Shown in pieces: positions 57,843 to 64,000 of a DNA stretch of 64,000 nt. The notes below the pieces were generated by a model. That model worked only from the letters and a program-made list of their open reading frames with translations. It was not told the origin of the DNA and searched no databases. Location: assembly GCA_038227875.1 (NCBI GenBank), contig JBBRPR010000032.1, positions 31,428 through 95,427 of the forward strand, given 5' to 3'. This DNA comes from Planctomycetota bacterium (GTDB taxonomy: Bacteria; Planctomycetota; SZUA-567; H5-PLA8). How positions within the stretch are numbered: the first letter of the stretch is position 1; each line of letters opens with the position of its first letter. A program made the position numbers and the translations under genes.

Positions 57843-57990
57843 ATTCCCCCACCTTACAGCCTGCCAGAAAACATTATTACGCTAAGTGTTCCGTGAAACG
57901 CCTGGCTGTAGAGGCGGTTCATGGCGCCGGCCAGGGAGCAATCAACAGGCTGTACTGCTCGTACCGTTTCAAACTGAGCAGCAGTATCGT

Positions 57991-59052
57991 CTATTTTCTG
58001 ATTTCGTTCAACTCTTTGCTGCCACTATCACCTGGCTTGATCGTATTCTTCTCCCCGCTCTGCGCCGCGACGTCGGCGGCATTCTCGGAGACGCGCTTGC
58101 GTTCGAAGGCCAGCGCCTTGTCGCCGAGCTCGGCAAAGGTCTTCGCCAGTTCGACCAGCTTCTGTTTTTCCTTCTCGTCGGCGACGCCGGAAAGACCCGT
58201 GTCCTTGTTCTTGGGCGGCATCAGGTTCGACTGCAGTTCGTTGACGATGGTCAGGCGTGCGTTGAGCGCCTGGTTGGGGAAGGTCAGCAGCACCAGCTTC
58301 TTGGCATGCGCCGCGTTGTCCGGGCTGTGGCAGGACATGCAGTTGTTCTGGCGCGCGGCTGATTCGAGATTGCGGTACGCCGTCTCCAGGTCCTTCGCGT
58401 GCGGATTGTCCTTCGAGAAAATGCGTGTGTAGAGCGACACCGCCGGCTGCGTCTGGTCCTTCTCCGACCAGTGCCAGTTGCCATCGAACGTCTTCTCGAC
58501 CAGCGGGCGGCTGGCGTCCTGTTCCGGCGACCGGTACGAAGCGGTCAGATGGCCCTTCTCGAACAGGAACATCAGGTTGGTCGTGCGCTGATACGAATCC
58601 CATTTCTTCTTCGAATGCCAGAACGGATACGGGTAATCGCCAGCGTCGAGCTTGTTGCGGTAGGCGCAGTCCATGAAGAGAACGGTGTAGCCGTCCTTCT
58701 TCTCAACCGTGTGCTTGCCGGTGAACATGAAGCCGGCGAGATACTCGGCGCGCCACACCCGTGGATCGAACTCCGTGAGCATGTGGTTATCCGGATTGAG
58801 CGGCTTTCCGGCGTTGTATCCGCCCCACAGAATCGTTTCGTCGCAGACGCCTTGAAGCACATGTGAATCTGCAAGCTTCCGGCTCGCCGTATTGTAAGCA
58901 GCGAGATCGTCGGCCTTGGCCAGCGGCGCACAGGTGGCCAGATTGCTCGCCACGCTTTCGATCAACGCCATATCGGAGGTGTCGTCTGCGCCAAACGCAC
59001 ACGTTCCCACCACCAAACATAGCGCTGCAAGAATCACCGGAAATTGTCGCAT
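57991..59052 (-). CDS. Secreted protein with a single CxxCH (putative c-type cytochrome domain)
   Basis: Signal peptide; NCMSCHSP followed by NLMPP (possible distal Met). Confidence 0.7.
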   Translation of the reverse strand: MRQFPVILAALCLVVGTCAFGADDTSDMALIESVASNLATCAPLAKADDLAAYNTASRKLADSHVLQGVCDETILWGGYNAGKPLNPDNHMLTEFDPRVWRAEYLAGFMFTGKHTVEKKDGYTVLFMDCAYRNKLDAGDYPYPFWHSKKKWDSYQRTTNLMFLFEKGHLTASYRSPEQDASRPLVEKTFDGNWHWSEKDQTQPAVSLYTRIFSKDNPHAKDLETAYRNLESAARQNNCMSCHSPDNAAHAKKLVLLTFPNQALNARLTIVNELQSNLMPPKNKDTGLSGVADEKEKQKLVELAKTFAELGDKALAFERKRVSENAADVAAQSGEKNTIKPGDSGSKELNEIRK

Positions 59053-59359
59053 GTTGTTTCCTCAGAGTTGAATCCCGTATTAGAAATGCAACTCAGATGC
59101 CACCGGGAATCTTCTCGAATCGACAAGAGTTAGCTCGATCCGTGTTGTACTATTGAACGCAACAACGCGTGACTGTCCGAGGCATGAGTCATATTGTGTA
59201 ACTAAAATTGTCATACATCTGTAGCATTAAGCATCGCAATGATTTCCGACCCCTGTTTCGAACCGCCAGTTCACATGGGAGCTTCGCAGTAATGGCACTT
59301 TTTTGCAGGATTGGTCATTGAATTGCCGTACGATGGGCCGATGAAAAATTATCCGGAGG

Positions 59360-60244
59360 ATGCTCATGTTCAGTAAAGCTCTCGTCGCTGTGCTGCTGTC
59401 CGTGATTACCTTAATGGGCGCCGCGCGCGCTGCTGAAACCATCGTTGGCACCGGCGCCACGACCGTTCAGCCCATCGTCCAGGCCGCCGGCAAGGAATTC
59501 AAAACCGCGCATCCGGATGTCGACTTCACCTTCGGCGGCGGCGGCTCCAACAACGGCGTCGAATCCCTGGCCTCCGGCAAAGTTCAGATCGGCCTCGTCG
59601 GCCGCGAACTCAAGGCCGACGAAAAGGAGAAGAACAAGGACTTCGTTCCTGTCACCATCGGCTACGACGGCATCGGCATTCTCGTCAGCAATGCCCAGCC
59701 CATCGACAAGATCACCAAGGACCAGGTCCACGACATCTACACCGGAAAAATCAAGAACTGGAAGGACCTCGGCGGCAAGGACGCGCCCATCAATTTGACC
59801 TCCCGCACCGAAGGCCACGCGCAGCTGGAACTGTTCGCCAACTACTTCGGCCTGGAAGTGAAATTCGACGCCGGCAAGGCGCTCTACAAGAACAAGGGCG
59901 ACGCCGATTACGCCATCAAGGCCGCGCCGAAAACCAACAACAATGAAATGCTCGCCGCCGTCACCACCGATGAAAATTGCCTCTCCTACATCCCCATCGG
60001 CTTCGCCCTCGCCCGCATCGAAAAAGGCGCACCGCTCAAGCTGCTGCCTCTTGACGGCACCCCCGCCACGCGCGAAAACGTAGGTAACGGTAAATACCCG
60101 CTCTGCCGGCCGCTCCTGGTCGTCACCAAGGGCGAACCCCAGGGCAACGTCAAGGCCTTCATCTCGTACCTGGTCAGCGACGCCGGCCAGAAAATCGTGA
60201 GCGATCAGGATTACATTCCGTTCAAGGCCAAGTCCTCGAACTGA
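59360..60244 (+). CDS. PstS-like periplasmic phosphate-binding protein
   Basis: GATTVQP, GGGSNNG, IGYDGIGILV, IYTGKIKNWKDLGG, GKYPLCRPL. Confidence 0.85.
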   Translation: MLMFSKALVAVLLSVITLMGAARAAETIVGTGATTVQPIVQAAGKEFKTAHPDVDFTFGGGGSNNGVESLASGKVQIGLVGRELKADEKEKNKDFVPVTIGYDGIGILVSNAQPIDKITKDQVHDIYTGKIKNWKDLGGKDAPINLTSRTEGHAQLELFANYFGLEVKFDAGKALYKNKGDADYAIKAAPKTNNNEMLAAVTTDENCLSYIPIGFALARIEKGAPLKLLPLDGTPATRENVGNGKYPLCRPLLVVTKGEPQGNVKAFISYLVSDAGQKIVSDQDYIPFKAKSSN

Positions 60245-60272
60245 AAGTCGCAGCCGTACCGGGAAGGCGTTT

Positions 60273-62624
60273 ATGGCAGGAAAAGAAAACGAATCGGAGC
60301 CGACGCTCAAGGATCCGAAACTCTCGGAAGTGACGCAGATCGTCACGCCTCCGCCGGGAGTTACCGGGGCTCCGATCGCTCCCGCGCCGCGTCCACCGGA
60401 CATGATCGGCGGACATGCGCTCTCGCGCCCGGTCGAAGATCTCTCCGGCGACAAGCTGCTCCGCAACGCCCCGCGCATGGATTACCACGGCCGCCAGTTG
60501 CCCTCGCTGGGCGGCATTCCCCTCACCGCCAAGCTCGGTCAGGGCGGCATGGGCGCCGTTTATCTCGGCCTGCATCTGCGCCTGAACAAGGAAGTCGCCG
60601 TTAAAGTCCTGCCGGTGGATCTGGCGTCGAACCAGCCTGAAATGGTGGGACGCTTCTTCCGCGAAGCCCAGATCGCCGGCATGGTCCACTCCTCGCATCT
60701 CGTCAACGTCATGGACGTCAACGAGGACAAGGGCGTCGTCTACCTGGTCATGGAGTATATTTTCGGCACGTCGGCCGGCTCGCATCTGCGGGACGTCAAG
60801 AACAATGGCGGTGTCGGACTGAGCGAACACGTCGCGCTGGAAATCTGCATTGCTGCCTGCGACGGCCTGGCCGCTGCGCACGCCGAGAACATTATTCACC
60901 GCGACATCAAGCCCGACAACGTGATGATCCCCTTCGCCCGCCACGGCGGAGAATTGCTCTTCAAAAATTCCAAGCTCGCCGACCTGGGGCTGGCCCGCGG
61001 CGAAGACCTCGGCGGACAATCCCTGACCATGGCGCAGGCCTGCATGGGCACGCCCGGTTACATGTCCCCCGAACAGGCTGTCGACGCCAAAACTGCCGGC
61101 AAGCCCGCGGACGTCTTCAGCATGGGCGCGATGCTCTACGCGTTGCTCACCGGCCGCGCGCCGTTCACCGGCACTTCGGCGATGAAGATCCTGATTGACA
61201 CCGCGCAGGCCGCGCACACGCCCGTGCAGCAGCTCGTGCCGACCGTCTCGTCGTACAGCTCCGTGGTGATCGACCGCTGCATGGAAAAGAATCCCGCCCG
61301 GCGCTTTGCCGATGGCACGTTGCTGCTGGAAGCGCTCAAGGGCTGCCTGGAAGCGCTGACCCAGTCGCAAGGCAACGCCCGCGACGCGATGACCCTGATC
61401 GTCCGCGAAGCCGAAGACGAGCAGCGCGTCCGCACGCGGCGCAAGGAAGACATCGAGCACTTGATCGACGAAGCCAAGCGGATGGTTGTCAGCGACCCCA
61501 ATGCCGCCATGTCCAAGCTCAACGAAGCCGAACGCCGCGTCAAAGGCGATGCCGAGCAGGGCCAGACCAATCTGATGGAAGGTTTCGGCGCCGTGCTCGC
61601 CCAGTTGCGCGACGCTGCCGTGAGCTCCAGCGACCGCAAAAACCGCGAACACGAAGTTAACCAGGCGCTGACCGCCGGGCTCTCCATCGCCGCCGAAGCC
61701 AAGCGCAACGGCGAATGGGACATCGTCTGCGCCGCGCTCAGCGGACCGTTGCAGGCGATCGGTGATTCCTCCCATCCCAGCCGCGCGCTGGCCGAGATGC
61801 TGCTCAAGCAGGCGCGCGAAGCCAAGAGCATTCCGCCCGCTCCCGCGCATCCCGCTCCTGCCGCGCAACCCGCGCACGTCGCTCCGGCCGGACCGCTGCC
61901 GCCGGTCTTGAGCATCGACTTGGGCAACGGCGTGAAACTGGATTCAGTGCTGCTCAAGGCCGACACGTTTACGATGGGCAGCCCCGCAACGGAGGAAGGC
62001 CGCAGCAGCAACGAAATTCAGCGCCGCGTCACGCTCACACGACCGTTCTACATGAGCAAGTACACGGTCACGCAGTCGCAGTGGGAACGGGTGATGGGCA
62101 GCAACCCCAGCGAATTCAAAGACCCCAACAATCCCGCCGAGAATTTCACCTACGACGACTGCCTGACGTTCTGCACCAAATTCAGCCAGATTGCCGGCCG
62201 CCCCGTGCGCCTGCCCACCGAAGCCGAATGGGAATACGCCTGCCGCGCCGGCACCGGCAGCGCCTTCAACTTCGGCAACCAGATCAGCGTCGAGCAGGCC
62301 AACTACGACGGCAACTTCATCTACGCGCACGGCTCGAAAGGCATCTACCGCCAGCGCACCACGCCCGTCGGTTCCTTCCCGCCGAACGCGTGGGGCCTCT
62401 ACGACATGCACGGCAACGTCTGGGAGTGGTGCCAGGACTGGTACGCGCCGTACCCTCCCGGCGACGCCACCGATCCGCAGGGCCCCGAGAAGGGCCGCCT
62501 GCGCGTCCTCCGCGGCGGCTCCTGGAACTACCGTCCCGCCCTCTGCCGCTCCGCCACCCGCTACATGGACGACCCCAACACCAGAAGCTCCCGCCGCGGC
62601 CTCCGCCTCGTCATCCCCGCATAA
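60273..62624 (+). CDS. Ser/Thr protein kinase fused to a formylglycine-generating-enzyme (SUMF1)-like domain
   Basis: LGQGGMGAVY, HRDIKPDN, DLG, GTPGYMSPEQ; FTMGS, RLPTEAEWEYACRAG, NAWGLYDMHGNVWEWC, RGGSW. Confidence 0.93.
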   Translation: MAGKENESEPTLKDPKLSEVTQIVTPPPGVTGAPIAPAPRPPDMIGGHALSRPVEDLSGDKLLRNAPRMDYHGRQLPSLGGIPLTAKLGQGGMGAVYLGLHLRLNKEVAVKVLPVDLASNQPEMVGRFFREAQIAGMVHSSHLVNVMDVNEDKGVVYLVMEYIFGTSAGSHLRDVKNNGGVGLSEHVALEICIAACDGLAAAHAENIIHRDIKPDNVMIPFARHGGELLFKNSKLADLGLARGEDLGGQSLTMAQACMGTPGYMSPEQAVDAKTAGKPADVFSMGAMLYALLTGRAPFTGTSAMKILIDTAQAAHTPVQQLVPTVSSYSSVVIDRCMEKNPARRFADGTLLLEALKGCLEALTQSQGNARDAMTLIVREAEDEQRVRTRRKEDIEHLIDEAKRMVVSDPNAAMSKLNEAERRVKGDAEQGQTNLMEGFGAVLAQLRDAAVSSSDRKNREHEVNQALTAGLSIAAEAKRNGEWDIVCAALSGPLQAIGDSSHPSRALAEMLLKQAREAKSIPPAPAHPAPAAQPAHVAPAGPLPPVLSIDLGNGVKLDSVLLKADTFTMGSPATEEGRSSNEIQRRVTLTRPFYMSKYTVTQSQWERVMGSNPSEFKDPNNPAENFTYDDCLTFCTKFSQIAGRPVRLPTEAEWEYACRAGTGSAFNFGNQISVEQANYDGNFIYAHGSKGIYRQRTTPVGSFPPNAWGLYDMHGNVWEWCQDWYAPYPPGDATDPQGPEKGRLRVLRGGSWNYRPALCRSATRYMDDPNTRSSRRGLRLVIPA

Positions 62625-62804
62625 TCTCTACTCGCCCCCTGGAAAAGTTCGCGTGATCTCCGGAGCTCTGAAGGCGAGACCGGCGCGCATCACTTTCCGT
62701 CGGCAGGTCTCCACCGTTCCTGGGAGTAGCGATTGCAATTTAGACGGTTTAAAGTGATTCATCATTTTATTATATAAACCGACGTCGATGACTCGAAAGG
62801 AACT

Positions 62805-63608
62805 ATGGAATTGGACCAAGCGGAATGGGCCTACTATGCCGCGGGACGGCAGTATTTCGCCCTTCAACATGGCTTTCAGACCATCCGCGGGCTGACTGGC
62901 TGCGCAGTCAATCTTCATCCGGAAGAGGAGGTCGTTTTTAGCAAGCGATGGGATAAAAATGCTGCTGCGCAGCGTATCCTTGTCGCGAAATTCTTTTTAA
63001 TTGGCCCTATTATGCTCGCGAAGTGGATGGGTCGGCCCGTGACATTTGGATCTTGCTATCAAAATGACATTTGCCGCTCTGATTTTCAAAAGGCCGAATA
63101 TTTAATGGGGCAGGATTTTCCAAATGAAAGCGAGCGACTGTCGGCACTGTCTGCATGTTTTGACGATATTTCGAAAGAACTGGATGGAGCTGAAACGCGA
63201 GCAACAATTGAACGATGGAAGGCATCGTTCAACTCCCCAAAAGGGGACGTGCCGGCTAGCTCGATTAAGTACGCAAGTGCTGCAAGTCCCGCTGGCTTTG
63301 TTTTGTTCCTGATTATGGCGGGTCTAATGCTCGTCGGATCCGGTACGGGGGACATTCTTAGTGTTGTCGTCGAGCACGGCCATATTTTAAACAAAGGCCA
63401 CGGACGTTGCGTGGAAGTTGCCTGGCCACGCGTGTTGACATCAGCGATCGCCTTATCAATCTGGTTCCTGATTGTGGTTATTGGAGCAGTAGCGACATTG
63501 ATTTCAGAAAAGCAAAACCGGATATTTTATGTGGGATTGGCCCTGTTCGGCCTCCTGGCTATTTTTTGCATTGTAGTTAGAGCATTACAAATTTCAGCGC
63601 AGCTGTGA
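62805..63608 (+). CDS. Hypothetical membrane protein, visibly lower GC
   Basis: AAGGA RBS, 267 aa, about three C-terminal TM helices. Confidence 0.55.
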   Translation: MELDQAEWAYYAAGRQYFALQHGFQTIRGLTGCAVNLHPEEEVVFSKRWDKNAAAQRILVAKFFLIGPIMLAKWMGRPVTFGSCYQNDICRSDFQKAEYLMGQDFPNESERLSALSACFDDISKELDGAETRATIERWKASFNSPKGDVPASSIKYASAASPAGFVLFLIMAGLMLVGSGTGDILSVVVEHGHILNKGHGRCVEVAWPRVLTSAIALSIWFLIVVIGAVATLISEKQNRIFYVGLALFGLLAIFCIVVRALQISAQL

Positions 63609-63640
63609 CGTTGTGTTCTCCGAGGCGGGTGGCAGTTACC

Positions 63641-63727
63641 GTTGCAGTTCATGCCGTTGCTTGCCACCACTTTCAAGTGGTGGTTGCTGCCTGAATGACG
63701 CTACACCAGCCGGCTTCAGCCGGCTTT
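63641..63727. repeat. REP-like element related to 14947-15050
   Basis: gttcatgccgttgc, gccgttgcttgccacc hairpin and downstream agccggct shared with the 15-kb copy. Confidence 0.65.
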
Positions 63728-63830
63728 CCAGCCGTTGCTGAAAGACTCAACCCAACCCGCAGCGCCCAATTCCAATCCCTGCCGGTTATCACTTAATCGC
63801 GTAGCACAAAAACACTTCCCAGTAGCAATT

Positions 63831-63960
63831 GCTCATTTCAGCTCATTTCAGCTCATTTTCGCTCATTCCTGCTCAAACACGCTCATTTTGAATCATTCCT
63901 GCTCATTCGCGCTCATTTGCTATCATTCGCTCTCATTCCTGCTCAAATTAGCTCATCCAC
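63831..63960. repeat. Tandem array of 13 x 10-bp units (consensus GCTCATTnnn)
   Basis: Exact 10-bp register; TCA invariant at unit positions 3-5. Confidence 0.9.
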
Positions 63961-64000
63961 CAGATTTCCCTTGATTTTCAGTGTCGAGAGTTGCTTTATA

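Noticed and set aside
63831..63960. CRISPR array or the ORF at 63735-63974
   Set aside because: 10-bp units with no spacers and no cas genes; the period is not a multiple of 3.

Overview
GC-rich bacterial chromosomal window. A Planctomycetota/PVC origin is inferred from gene order and gene families, not tested. Positions 1-13 kb hold a housekeeping run on the minus strand: a GlmU(N-terminal)-Prs fusion, rplY, pth, rpsF, ssb, rpsR, rplI, dnaB, bamA, two skp and lpxD, converging on the 3' end of recN. Positions 13-48 kb are accessory: an ECF sigma/FecR/large secreted beta-helix module, HtrA, a PhyH dioxygenase, GH4/epimerase/AraC, MFS, a Ser/Thr kinase, several large secreted propeller or glycosidase-like proteins and a GntR-LacI regulator. 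Positions 48-59 kb carry a Wsp-type chemosensory cluster whose WspR-like protein lacks the GGDEF domain. It lies between a mono-heme cytochrome c-like gene and a candidate selenoprotein (redoxin-like, in-frame UGA in an unusual vicinal Cys-Sec motif, followed by an fdhF-like SECIS hairpin) that the ORF track splits in two. Two intergenic regions fold into multi-branched RNAs I cannot assign to a family: one starts just after a near-consensus sigma70 promoter ahead of glmU-prs, the other ends in a terminator after htrA. Several REP/REPIN-like families, a duplicated AT-rich promoter-like unit and a 13 x 10-bp phased array are also present. No tRNA, rRNA, CRISPR array or transposase was recognised. 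All calls come from manual motif reading and folding by eye; no searches were run.
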